From a virus (Duplodnaviria; Caudoviricetes), in the IMG/VR virus record IMGVR_UViG_3300011442_000009, positions 1 through 64,000 of that record: 64,000 nt of DNA. One strand, written 5' to 3'. The position numbers and the translations under genes are program-made. Positions within the stretch are counted from its first letter, which is position 1. Each line of letters begins with the position of its first letter. The notes under the pieces were generated by a model. The model did no database searches. It saw only the letters and a program-made list of their open reading frames with translations, and was not told the origin of the DNA. This document shows positions 8,951-17,383 of the stretch, one piece after another.

Positions 8951-9211
8951 ATGCAAATAGCAGACTTAATCAACGGCGGGTTCGAAATCTTCGGCGGAGC
9001 GGCAATGGCGCTTAACGTCCTCAAGCTCTACAAAGACAAAAAGACCCGGGGCGTCAACTGGTCAACGCAGGTCTTCTTTACCTCTTGGGGATTCTGGAAC
9101 CTCTACTATTACCCGAGTCTCGGACAGTGGGTATCCTTCATCGGTGGGTTGTCCTTGGTGATTGCAAACGCTTTTTACATCGCGCTCATGTGGCGCTATC
9201 GAAAGAACTGA
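8951..9211 (+). CDS. 3-TM PQ-loop/SemiSWEET-like membrane protein
   Basis: Three hydrophobic helices with loop KLYKDKKTRGVNW and WGFWNLYYYP. The canonical PQ dipeptide is absent. Confidence 0.55.
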   Translation: MQIADLINGGFEIFGGAAMALNVLKLYKDKKTRGVNWSTQVFFTSWGFWNLYYYPSLGQWVSFIGGLSLVIANAFYIALMWRYRKN

Positions 9212-9212
9212 T

Positions 9213-9410
9213 ATGATTATAAAACTCTTCAGATACCTGCTCGACAACATGACCGAATTCCAGTGGCACTGCATTAAGTTCGCGCTGGCTTTGGTAGTGG
9301 TTGTCGGGGTTCCCCTCGTGGTGGTCTACCATCTGGTCGTTTTAGGTATCTGCGCTCTGGCGCTTTTCGCCGGGTTAGTGTTCTTCGCACTTTGGAGAAT
9401 CGTAGATTAA
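9213..9410 (+). CDS. small 2-TM membrane protein
   Basis: Highly hydrophobic 65 aa; starts 1 nt after the previous stop. Confidence 0.6.
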   Translation: MIIKLFRYLLDNMTEFQWHCIKFALALVVVVGVPLVVVYHLVVLGICALALFAGLVFFALWRIVD

Positions 9411-9413
9411 TTT

Positions 9414-10076
9414 ATGAGTAAGACAACAGTAAAAGACCCATGGTGCCAGCTCGCAGGAGGCTACAAGTGCTTCCTCGACCGGCCGCGATATTCCCTGACC
9501 AGCAGGGAAATCATCAGGGAAGTAGTGCCCAAGGCTGCTTCCAAAATATGCCGCTTCGGCGGACAAATCGAAGAATTCTACTCGCTCGCCCAGCACGTGT
9601 GCGGAGTCGAAAGCTGGGTGCAGAACAACGGCGGGAATACCGCGCAGCGCCTGCAAGCGCTACTGCACGATAGCGCTGAGGCGATTCTAGGCGGGGACAT
9701 ACCGAAGCCCGTCAGGGAGAAAGTTTTCGGATACGATTTGCTCGAGGATAGTTTTCTCGACCAGATAATGAGGCTATACGAGCTCCCGGTAGATATCGAT
9801 GACTTGGTGTGGGACGGCGATGTCGCGCTCTTGGTAGTCGAAGCGGAACAGCTTCTAGAAGGCGGCCCGATTGAGAAGTGGACCGACAGATACCTGAAGC
9901 CGGAAATCGACCGCACGAAGATTGTCCAGCAGGCGTTCGTGACCTGTCACCCGACGTTTCCGATATGGACCTTCAAGGATGCCGAGAGGAACTTTCGTCA
10001 CCGGCTCGACAGCCTAACACAGCGGCACCTCAAGGAAGTGCTGGAACTGCAGCAGAAAGACCTAACCGAAAGCTAA
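9414..10076 (+). CDS. HD-domain phosphohydrolase (YfbR/5'-deoxynucleotidase-like)
   Basis: SKICRFGG..FYSLAQH...ALLHDSAEA..GDIPKPV. Confidence 0.85.
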   Translation: MSKTTVKDPWCQLAGGYKCFLDRPRYSLTSREIIREVVPKAASKICRFGGQIEEFYSLAQHVCGVESWVQNNGGNTAQRLQALLHDSAEAILGGDIPKPVREKVFGYDLLEDSFLDQIMRLYELPVDIDDLVWDGDVALLVVEAEQLLEGGPIEKWTDRYLKPEIDRTKIVQQAFVTCHPTFPIWTFKDAERNFRHRLDSLTQRHLKEVLELQQKDLTES

Positions 10077-10082
10077 CACAAT

Positions 10083-10862
10083 ATGGAAGACAACGGCACA
10101 ATACGGAAGTTCGAAACCGGGGCGACCCGGGACACCTCACAGAATAAAAACGACTACGAAGGCTTTTTGTCACCTCTGGTGATAGAGGCATTCGGGGACT
10201 ACATGAGCGAGAACCGCAAGCAGTCTGACGGGTCTATTCGGGACTCCGACAACTGGCAGAAAGGAATTCCGCCGATGGTCTACATGAAGAGCGGCTGGCG
10301 GCATTTCGTCCAATGGTGGAAGCTTCACCGCGGGCTGGCTTGCAAAGACGAGCGCGGTCGACCGGTCGACATGCACCACGCGATATGTGGGCTGCTTTTC
10401 AACGCCATGGGCTATTTCCACGAGTATCTAAAAGCGGAAGCGCTGAAGTCTGCCGGGTCGGCGGGAAACGCACTGGATAAAATAGCGGCTCAGGTTCGCG
10501 CTGAGAAGGAGCGAGACGCTTTTGATAAATCGCTCATGCCGAAACCGCCGGAGTATCCCCGGTATTTCGAGTCCCAAGGAGACGTTTTCGTGCTGACTTC
10601 TCCTAGCATTGGCCGGAGATACGATTCCGTTGGGCACTGGGGGGTCTCCAACTGGAGCCTGAGGAACCTCGAAGGTTTGTCCGTTACCGAGGAGATCCAC
10701 GCCAGTGAGGCCGTCTGCAGGGGTCTTCCAAATCAAATCAGCGAATGGCCGCAGCAGCTCCGGGACGACTACTACAGCCACAACAACGGCCTGTACGCCA
10801 CGCCCATGCCCGGCACTCCAGTGGAATGCCAGCTGGAGAGAGCGAGTGTGCTCAATGACTAA
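10083..10862 (+). CDS. dATP/dGTP diphosphohydrolase-like protein (DUF5664-type N-terminal domain)
   Basis: RKFETGATRD...DYEGFLSPLV..FGDYM...DNWQKGIP..YMKS..RH...CGLLFNAMGY. Confidence 0.75.
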   Translation: MEDNGTIRKFETGATRDTSQNKNDYEGFLSPLVIEAFGDYMSENRKQSDGSIRDSDNWQKGIPPMVYMKSGWRHFVQWWKLHRGLACKDERGRPVDMHHAICGLLFNAMGYFHEYLKAEALKSAGSAGNALDKIAAQVRAEKERDAFDKSLMPKPPEYPRYFESQGDVFVLTSPSIGRRYDSVGHWGVSNWSLRNLEGLSVTEEIHASEAVCRGLPNQISEWPQQLRDDYYSHNNGLYATPMPGTPVECQLERASVLND

Positions 10863-11211
10863 GCCGCCATTCTGCACGAGCTACGACGAGGCCCGGCAGA
10901 TTTACATCGAGGGCGAACTGCAGGCGTGGGACGGCACTCGCTGGGAAGACATCCCAGCCGGTAGCACTCCGTTCTTTTCGCGCCGGGTCGAAGAATACCG
11001 TCGGCGTCCTACTGCGCAGCACGCAGCGCCGAAGTACCTTGTCTGGAGCCCCGACCAAGAGCAGAGCAAACGCGTCAGACATTTCGATTCCGCGCACGGA
11101 GTCGCCCTCTTTTTGTGGGGGAAAGATCCGAAAGAAACGGTAGTGTTTAAACGCTGCGAGCTCTCTGGATACGACCTTAGAAAACTCGAAGAGCAGCTCA
11201 AGAAAGCATGA
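10855..11211 (+). CDS. hypothetical protein
   Basis: Internal ATG (MTKPPF) overlapping the previous stop. Confidence 0.65.
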   Translation: MTKPPFCTSYDEARQIYIEGELQAWDGTRWEDIPAGSTPFFSRRVEEYRRRPTAQHAAPKYLVWSPDQEQSKRVRHFDSAHGVALFLWGKDPKETVVFKRCELSGYDLRKLEEQLKKA

Positions 11212-11459
11212 GACTCTTTACAAAACTTGGCTGGCTATCAGATACCCAGCCTTTCAACTTCCTGCGGCAAGCGGTAGCGCCGTGCGGCTGCCAGCTCGCG
11301 GTGCACAGCACGTCCGCCATTCTGCCCTTGCCGCAGGTTGATTTCGGCTCTGGGCACGGCGGCGGTCGACGCGCCATACCCGGAGCTTTTGGCAGCCCTA
11401 ACGGCCGCAGGCTGCGCCGATGGATGCGCAAGTTCGTGGTTAAACCCATCCGGAGGTAA
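11208..11459 (+). CDS. hypothetical protein
   Basis: ATGA-coupled 83-aa ORF; the sequence is weakly protein-like. Confidence 0.35.
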   Translation: MRLFTKLGWLSDTQPFNFLRQAVAPCGCQLAVHSTSAILPLPQVDFGSGHGGGRRAIPGAFGSPNGRRLRRWMRKFVVKPIRR

Positions 11460-11468
11460 AAATAGTTC

Positions 11469-11497
11469 TTGCAATCCATCCAGCTATCTGCGACTCT
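11469..11497 (+). promoter_or_regulatory. promoter-like site TTGCAA-N16-CGACTCT
   Basis: Same geometry as the capsid-gene motif (TTGCGC-N16-CGACTCT); preceded by AAAATAGTTC. Confidence 0.45.
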
Positions 11498-11546
11498 TAG
11501 GGTAGCTAGTAATAGTAAACAATAACAAATAACAGTAGACAAAATT

Positions 11547-11822
11547 ATGCACTCATTATCTGGAATCCGCGCCATGAACCGCAAAGCCGTTGCTCGTTAT
11601 AACCGCGCCGAGCAGCCGGAGTCTGAAACCTCCCGGCATTGCTCCTATCAGGGCAACCCCGAAGACGGGATCGTCCTTCACTCCGCCAAGCTGCGGAATA
11701 CTGCGTTCATCATCGGCAAAAAGGCCAAGCTGTTTCTGACCGAGTGGTTCGGGACCAACTCCGCCGACCGCCGGGACAAAATCGTGGAGAGCTATTTTCA
11801 CACCTCTCCTTCTGCCTCCTAA
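11547..11822 (+). CDS. hypothetical protein
   Basis: 91 aa after an AT-rich leader (AAAATTATG). Confidence 0.6.
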   Translation: MHSLSGIRAMNRKAVARYNRAEQPESETSRHCSYQGNPEDGIVLHSAKLRNTAFIIGKKAKLFLTEWFGTNSADRRDKIVESYFHTSPSAS

Positions 11823-11893
11823 CCGCCCCAACCTCGCCGCCCGCGTCCGGAGGGATACACCTCCGGCCGGGTGGCAACCAATTAAATAAATTT

Positions 11894-12361
11894 ATGTACG
11901 TTGTAAGAGCTATCCGAAACACGAAAACTCACATCACCCGCTACTGCGCAGTCGATCTCAGCCAAGGTTCCATCATTCCGTTCGTTTCCGTAGACTGGGC
12001 GGGCCGCATCACCGCGGAGCTCAACTCCGGGAAAGAGGATTCCAAAGGCTACATGACTTGGGAAGTCGCCGACTGCTATTTCGCCAGTGACGGTTCCCCG
12101 CTCCGGCCGAAGACTCTGGACGATCCAGTGCTCGCGCCGGTCAACGTGATGGGCCTCGACTACTCCGTGCCCAAACCCGTGGCGGACTACCTCGCCCACT
12201 TGAAGAACACTGTGTTCAACTTGGCACTGAAGATTGACGAGCTACAGGAACAGCGCAAAGGCATCCACGCGACGGGGCGCTACTTTGTGAATGGCGAATC
12301 GGTCTCTGAAGCGGCATACCGCGCCACAATCGAAAAGTTCTATAACGAAAAGAACGCATGA
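11894..12361 (+). CDS. hypothetical protein
   Basis: Internal ATG (MYVVRA) with AAATAAATTT context in ORF 11639..12361. Confidence 0.7.
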   Translation: MYVVRAIRNTKTHITRYCAVDLSQGSIIPFVSVDWAGRITAELNSGKEDSKGYMTWEVADCYFASDGSPLRPKTLDDPVLAPVNVMGLDYSVPKPVADYLAHLKNTVFNLALKIDELQEQRKGIHATGRYFVNGESVSEAAYRATIEKFYNEKNA

Positions 12362-12699
12362 AAAAAATCCTAGTGTTGTTGGCGCTAGGGTTTGGGTTGC
12401 CTTTGCAGGCGGGGCTCCGGGATTCAGTCACTCTAGAGTGGACCTTCGACGGGGCTGCTCCGGATACCTTCATAGTTCACACGAGCACTGACCCCGACCT
12501 GCCGCTGGCAGAGTGGCCGGTGCTTCTGGAGATCCCGGCCACCGAGGCCGGAAAGCTGGTGCTCGAGGTTACCATAAAAATGGTGCCGGGCTCCCACTTT
12601 TTCTACCTCACCGCAAAAAACTTTTGGGGTGAGTCGGACCCTTCTAATACCGTGAACACCCCGGCAGCACCGGGTCGCGGTTTCTTGCGCATACGGTAG
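12358..12699 (+). CDS. secreted fibronectin type III-like protein
   Basis: Signal peptide MKKILVLLALGFGLPLQA, followed by SVTLEW...HFFYLTAKNFWGESDPSNTV. Confidence 0.75.
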   Translation: MKKILVLLALGFGLPLQAGLRDSVTLEWTFDGAAPDTFIVHTSTDPDLPLAEWPVLLEIPATEAGKLVLEVTIKMVPGSHFFYLTAKNFWGESDPSNTVNTPAAPGRGFLRIR

Positions 12700-12715
12700 C
12701 TGCCGACCGGAGTGT

Positions 12716-14191
12716 ATGCGCCCGGAGATTTTAGAAAAGCTTAGAGCCCACCAGAGAGCACCAGCAGAGCAGCTCCTCCAGATCCTAAAGTCTGGGGGAG
12801 TTGCTTTTGATCTCTCAGACACTGGCACTGGGAAAACTTTTGTGGGCGCGGCAATCGCTGCAGAGCTGCAGGTCCCGGCACTGGCGATTGTCCCAAAGAT
12901 CGCAGAGACCGCGTGGCACGAAGCCGCCGCGCATTTCGGTGATAAGATCTCAGTGGTAGGCTGGGAGCTTCTGCGCACCGGTAACACTCTGTATGGACGC
13001 TGGGAGAACGGCCCGCCTCCTCCACGGGATGAGAGAATGTTTTTCAAGTGCCCGAATTGCCTTTGCAAATTAGACCCGGCGAAAATGATTCCGTGTTCTG
13101 CGCACTGGGCCGGGATCCATTGCCTTGAGGTAAAGACGAATCCCCACAAGTACGGTAAATTCATTTTCAACCCGGCTATCCGCCTTTTAATTTTTGACGA
13201 GATCCACCGCGCCGCCGGAGACAGTTTAAACGCGGACATGGTCATCGGCGCAAAACGATCCGGCATACCGACGCTCGGTCTTACCGCGACTTTGGCGCAC
13301 TCTCCTCTGCACCTGAGGGCGACCGGCTACCTCGCAGGGCTTCACCAGCTCGGCAATTTTGACCAGTGGTGCGGACAACGCGGTTGCCGAAGGGTGCCGA
13401 TGCGCGGGGTCCAGTGGCTCGCACCGAAAGAGAAGCAGGACGAGATAATGCGAGCGATAGGCCGCTCTATCATCCCCTCGAAAGGCGTTCGCGTCCTTCG
13501 GTCGGAGATCCCGGACTTCCCGGGGCGCAGCATACAGGCGGAGCTCTTCGATCTCCCGAAGGAGGATACCGACGAGCTCAATGCACTCTACGAGATACTT
13601 TCTGTGCCGCTGGCTGACCTTGAGGCGCGCGCGGCCGCAGATGTGGACCCAGAGCTCGCCATAACCAAACGGCTGCGTGCAAGGCAACGTATAGAGCTCC
13701 TGAAGGTCGGCGTAGCGGAGGAGCTGGGGACAGACTACCTCCAGAAGAACCACAGTGTCGTTTTCTTCGTCAATTTCCAGCAGACCGTGGATGAGCTCCT
13801 GCGCCGCTTCCCCGGGGCCGGGCTGATTACCGGCCAGATTACCGGGAAAAGGCGTCAGGACGGCGTGGCGGCCTTCCAGAGCAACAGGAACCGCGCTTTA
13901 ATCGTCAATAACCAAGCTGGAGGCATCGCCCTGAGCCTTCAGGACCTTCATGGAGACTTTCCCCGGGTCGGAATTGTCTTCCCGGCCGACTCTCCGGTCG
14001 TAATGGAACAGCTTTTCGGCCGTTTGGCGCGTTCCGGAGGAAAATCGGATGCACTTTATCGAATTATTTTCGCATCCCGGTCCGTCGAAGTGCCGATGCG
14101 CCGCTCCTTAGAGCTGTCCTACAACAACTTAGCGGCCCTGAAAATTCCTGAAGAAATATCTTGCAATCCTTTCGTCATTGAGGCAAAGTAG
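12716..14191 (+). CDS. SF2 (SNF2/DEAD-like) helicase
   Basis: Motif I DTGTGKT, motif II DEIH, motif III LTAT, motif VI QLFGRLARSG. Confidence 0.9.
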   Translation: MRPEILEKLRAHQRAPAEQLLQILKSGGVAFDLSDTGTGKTFVGAAIAAELQVPALAIVPKIAETAWHEAAAHFGDKISVVGWELLRTGNTLYGRWENGPPPPRDERMFFKCPNCLCKLDPAKMIPCSAHWAGIHCLEVKTNPHKYGKFIFNPAIRLLIFDEIHRAAGDSLNADMVIGAKRSGIPTLGLTATLAHSPLHLRATGYLAGLHQLGNFDQWCGQRGCRRVPMRGVQWLAPKEKQDEIMRAIGRSIIPSKGVRVLRSEIPDFPGRSIQAELFDLPKEDTDELNALYEILSVPLADLEARAAADVDPELAITKRLRARQRIELLKVGVAEELGTDYLQKNHSVVFFVNFQQTVDELLRRFPGAGLITGQITGKRRQDGVAAFQSNRNRALIVNNQAGGIALSLQDLHGDFPRVGIVFPADSPVVMEQLFGRLARSGGKSDALYRIIFASRSVEVPMRRSLELSYNNLAALKIPEEISCNPFVIEAK

Positions 14192-14197
14192 GGGCAC

Positions 14198-14659
14198 GTG
14201 AAGAGCAGATTTAAAAAGGGCGACGAAGTATACCGCGTGAGCTTCTGGTCTGAGGAAGCCGACGGCAAGTGCATCTTCTGGGCCGAGAAGGTCGTGCTCC
14301 AGAGCTGGGGCAAGCGGCAGGGGACGGCCGTAAACCACAAGGACGGAGAGCTCTGCCGCCATCGTTTTTACAATCACCCCGTGGAGCACTTCTTGCGGGT
14401 CCGGGGCGAGCGTCAGGTAGCCTTGCGCATCGTCGCACCGGCGGTCTTCCGTAGCGCATTCATGGTGGAAGCTTTTGCTGCAGCAGTCGGCCCGATGGAA
14501 TCCGCTTCTGCCATCGCCCGGAATATCTGGATTGAGTCCGACTGGCTCGCTAATCATCAGCACCGCGCCAAACCCGCTATCGATATTGTCGAAAACGCCC
14601 GGCGCAAGCTGGCCGTCCTGCAGGCTGCGGTCCCCGCTTACGAAATTCGCTGGCGATGA
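14198..14659 (+). CDS. hypothetical protein
   Basis: 153 aa with GTG start; fits packing. Confidence 0.6.
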   Translation: MKSRFKKGDEVYRVSFWSEEADGKCIFWAEKVVLQSWGKRQGTAVNHKDGELCRHRFYNHPVEHFLRVRGERQVALRIVAPAVFRSAFMVEAFAAAVGPMESASAIARNIWIESDWLANHQHRAKPAIDIVENARRKLAVLQAAVPAYEIRWR

Positions 14660-14859
14660 AACTGGAAGAATTCAACAGCGAGCGCGAGGCCCGGGAGTAT
14701 CTCGGATACCGGGGCTGGGTCCAGCAGCCGGGCACGCAGGTCTACACGAACGCCGACCTGTCCGGTCATCGTCGGGTAATTGTTCGGTGCGACGAGCGAA
14801 TTTCACACAGTACTTTCGAGCACAGTATTTCATCAAAATGGGAGTTACACAGTCTATGA
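14656..14859 (+). CDS. small hypothetical protein (EFxS..A..YL...GW family)
   Basis: ATGA overlaps; similar to 15068..15220. Confidence 0.6.
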   Translation: MKLEEFNSEREAREYLGYRGWVQQPGTQVYTNADLSGHRRVIVRCDERISHSTFEHSISSKWELHSL

Positions 14860-15059
14860 GTATTCAATCAAGCAGAACCCGGGCCGCGATGCGCGAATTC
14901 CTCGAGCTTAACGCCGAAGAGCGCGCTCAGTTCGACGCCATGCGCGAGGAGCTAAACAACCTCGTTAAGCGCGGCAATTTTCTTCCGTGGAATCATCCGG
15001 ACAAAGCGGATATTTACGCTGCCGGAGTCCGCCAATTTCAAGAGATCCACGACCTGTGA
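14856..15059 (+). CDS. hypothetical protein
   Basis: Internal ATG (MSIQSS) overlapping the previous TGA. Confidence 0.55.
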   Translation: MSIQSSRTRAAMREFLELNAEERAQFDAMREELNNLVKRGNFLPWNHPDKADIYAAGVRQFQEIHDL

Positions 15060-15067
15060 AGACCTTT

Positions 15068-15220
15068 ATGGAATTCGACAGTCGCGCAGCCGCCGAGACT
15101 CACCTTATCCGCCAAGGATGGAAGGTCAAAAAGGGCGACACGTGGGAGCACTGGAATCGCCCCAAGGAAACCCGCACCGTGAAAAAGGTTAAAGGCAACC
15201 TCTGGAAGTTCGTGCTATGA
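15068..15220 (+). CDS. small hypothetical protein (EFxS..A..HL...GW family)
   Basis: MEFDSRAAAETHLIRQGW resembles 14656..14859. Confidence 0.55.
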   Translation: MEFDSRAAAETHLIRQGWKVKKGDTWEHWNRPKETRTVKKVKGNLWKFVL

Positions 15221-15309
15221 AGGCCGCAGATTATCTTCCCTACGCGCACCCAGACCGCGCTGCCCAACTTTCTCGAGGGTGCCCGCAGATTCCGAGAGGA
15301 GCATGACCT

Positions 15310-15966
15310 ATGAAGTCCTGTGCTAATTTAACATGCTCAAATACTTGGGAAGTGACGTCCACGACGTCGCCCAAAAAACGCTTTTGCTCTCTCGCGTGCC
15401 GAAGGAAATCGGACTGGGCCGCTGAGCTCGCCAGTCGGGCAAAAGTTATCCGCTTTTGTGCTATCTGTGGAGACGAGTTTGTCCCCAAAGTTAACCAGCT
15501 CGTTTGCCGCTCTCCGCGGTGCGTTCATTTGAATTTCCACTTGGGGAGACTTGTGGTTTTTTATAAGCGTGCTCGCAGAACCAACGTCCAGAAATATGGC
15601 GTAAAAAGATGCATGCGCTGCCGTTGCCTTTTCAAAAGCCAGACCCCCAACCAAACGGTCTGTGCTCCCTGTTCCCATTTACGGGAAGTTAGAGCTTTGA
15701 TGACATATCAATGCCAAGTGAAAAAGCAGGTCGAGAAGGGACAGAAACCGCTATCTCCGCACTCTTTCGTAAAATGCGAAGTATGTGCCGCGTCGGTGCC
15801 GTATCGAAATGTGCGATACTGTTCGCCGGAATGCCGCTATTCTGCCGAGCTTTTGGCGCAAAACCGCACTCGCGCTGCCGCCGTTCAAGCGTCTAATTTA
15901 TTTCGGGTCCTTGCGATCAGTTCAACATTAACAAATACAAACACAAACATAAAAAATGAATGCTAA
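15310..15966 (+). CDS. Cys-rich multi-zinc-finger protein
   Basis: Repeated CxxC...(F/Y)CSxxC units. Confidence 0.65.
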   Translation: MKSCANLTCSNTWEVTSTTSPKKRFCSLACRRKSDWAAELASRAKVIRFCAICGDEFVPKVNQLVCRSPRCVHLNFHLGRLVVFYKRARRTNVQKYGVKRCMRCRCLFKSQTPNQTVCAPCSHLREVRALMTYQCQVKKQVEKGQKPLSPHSFVKCEVCAASVPYRNVRYCSPECRYSAELLAQNRTRAAAVQASNLFRVLAISSTLTNTNTNIKNEC

Positions 15967-16576
15967 TACTGCGTTAGTGACGGTTCCGTCTCTTAAAGAA
16001 TTCGGTGCCCGGTTTATAGCTGGGTTCAACAAAGGAAAAGCGGGCTGGCAAGAGGCCGCGGAAACCGCCCGGGAGGCCCTTAAGGCCTACCCAGAATTCC
16101 CGGCGCATATCTCAGAGATTCTCCCCGAGGTGCCCGAAGAATTCGTCTATCGGTTCTGCGGTATCGGAGTCAAATACATGGCCGAGCTGTGCATTATGGA
16201 GTGCCCCGGAGCAAAGCGGCTCCGAAAACTCCCGTTGCAGATTCAAGAGCGGTGTATGGCCGACAGCGTAGAGGTGGCTATCCAAGACCGGGAAGGCCGG
16301 TGGACGTCGCTGTTTATCGCGGTCCAGAACTTGACCAAAGCACAGGCCGAACAAGTTTTCGCCAAAGACCGAGTGCGCTCCCTTGCGGAGCAGCGTGCAT
16401 GGTTGGAAGATCGGCGCGAGCAGAAACGCCAAGCTCAGAGCCAAACCGCGATTGCTCTAGCGAACACCGGGCTTCCGTATCGAGTGACGCGCACGCACTT
16501 TATTTTCGGAGAGCACTCGGTTACTTGGAAGGAAATCCTTCGGCTCGCTAAAGACGCGAAATCCCTCAAGGCGTGA
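15956..16576 (+). CDS. hypothetical protein
   Basis: 206-aa ORF. Confidence 0.75.
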   Translation: MNANTALVTVPSLKEFGARFIAGFNKGKAGWQEAAETAREALKAYPEFPAHISEILPEVPEEFVYRFCGIGVKYMAELCIMECPGAKRLRKLPLQIQERCMADSVEVAIQDREGRWTSLFIAVQNLTKAQAEQVFAKDRVRSLAEQRAWLEDRREQKRQAQSQTAIALANTGLPYRVTRTHFIFGEHSVTWKEILRLAKDAKSLKA

Positions 16577-16590
16577 AAGGCTGCAACGCA

Positions 16591-16752
16591 ATGACGTGTC
16601 CGCGGTGCCATAGCACGCGCTCCCGGGTCCTCGATAAAAGGAATTCCTACGGAGGGATCCGGAGGCGGCGCTGGTGCTTCCAGTGCCACTTCCGGTTCAC
16701 GACTGAAGAGAAGATTGTATTTCTTAATAAGACGAAACAGCCGACTGTATAG
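16591..16752 (+). CDS. NrdR-like zinc-ribbon protein (53 aa, no ATP cone)
   Basis: Read manually: MTCPRCHSTRSRVLDKRNSYGGIRRRRWCFQCHFRFTTEE matches the NrdR N-terminus (MxCPxC..TRVIDSR..IRRRRxCxxCxxRFTTxE). Confidence 0.75.
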   Translation: MTCPRCHSTRSRVLDKRNSYGGIRRRRWCFQCHFRFTTEEKIVFLNKTKQPTV

Positions 16753-16757
16753 CCGCT

Positions 16758-16937
16758 ATGCCTGTCAAAATTAAAGCTCTGGGCCACGGTAAAGTGCAGG
16801 TCCGAACGCCCGGCGGAGTGAAATCTAAGTCGACGACTCCCGAGAAAGCGAAGAAGCAGAAGCGCCTTCTTAACGCAGTGGAGCACGGCTGGAAGCCGAC
16901 AAACTCTCTCGAGAAAAGAGTGATGAAAAAGTACTGA
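16758..16937 (+). CDS. small basic conserved phage protein (59 aa)
   Basis: Read manually: MPVKIK...VRTPGGVKSKSTTPEKAKKQKRLLNAVEHGWKP. ATG lies 9 nt after CGACTGT. Confidence 0.65.
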   Translation: MPVKIKALGHGKVQVRTPGGVKSKSTTPEKAKKQKRLLNAVEHGWKPTNSLEKRVMKKY

Positions 16938-17019
16938 AAATTTCGCCACGAATTTAGCTGCGTTCGTGGCGAGAAAGTGTTGCAGCCCCAAATTAAATCC
17001 TGATACAGTTAGAAAAATT

Positions 17020-17139
17020 ATGAGTGAACAGATATATATCCCGCCTACCGAGAAGGTCATCAAACGCCTCTCAAAAACCAAAGAAACCAAGTGCATGAAA
17101 GCTTTTTATGTGGTCGCCAATTCCCGAAACTCCAAGTGA
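17020..17139 (+). CDS. small hypothetical protein (39 aa)
   Basis: Read manually: MSEQIYIPPTEKVIKRL...; AT-rich start; the stop abuts the next ATG. Confidence 0.35.
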   Translation: MSEQIYIPPTEKVIKRLSKTKETKCMKAFYVVANSRNSK

Positions 17140-17140
17140 T

Positions 17141-17383
17141 ATGCGAACGGCACACGGCAAAGCGATTCTCAAGGAACGTCTGGCAATCGGAGAACGGCTG
17201 GCCGCATGCCTCCAGCCCAAAATGACTCAGGAGGAAGTCGGTGAAATCCTCGGGGTCTCTGCTACCTACGTCTCCTACGTCGAACGGCTGGCGCTCTGGA
17301 AAATCGCTCACCGCATGCGCCAACTCGATTCAATCACCCACCCTCTTGACCGCATTCCCGAGCATGAATCAATCGCCACCTAA
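17141..17383 (+). CDS. helix-turn-helix DNA-binding protein
   Basis: MTQEEVGEILGVSATYVSYVERLALWKI (sigma region 4/XRE-like HTH). Confidence 0.75.
   Translation: MRTAHGKAILKERLAIGERLAACLQPKMTQEEVGEILGVSATYVSYVERLALWKIAHRMRQLDSITHPLDRIPEHESIAT

Noticed and set aside
7636-10862. Firm call of a 2-aminoadenine (Z) genome
   Set aside because: No PurZ (adenylosuccinate synthetase-like) gene is visible, and these hydrolase families are common in canonical-DNA phages.
12675-12715. Late-promoter-like TTGCGC...CGACCGG upstream of the SF2 helicase
   Set aside because: The spacing is 13 nt rather than 16 and the -10-like heptamer is mismatched.
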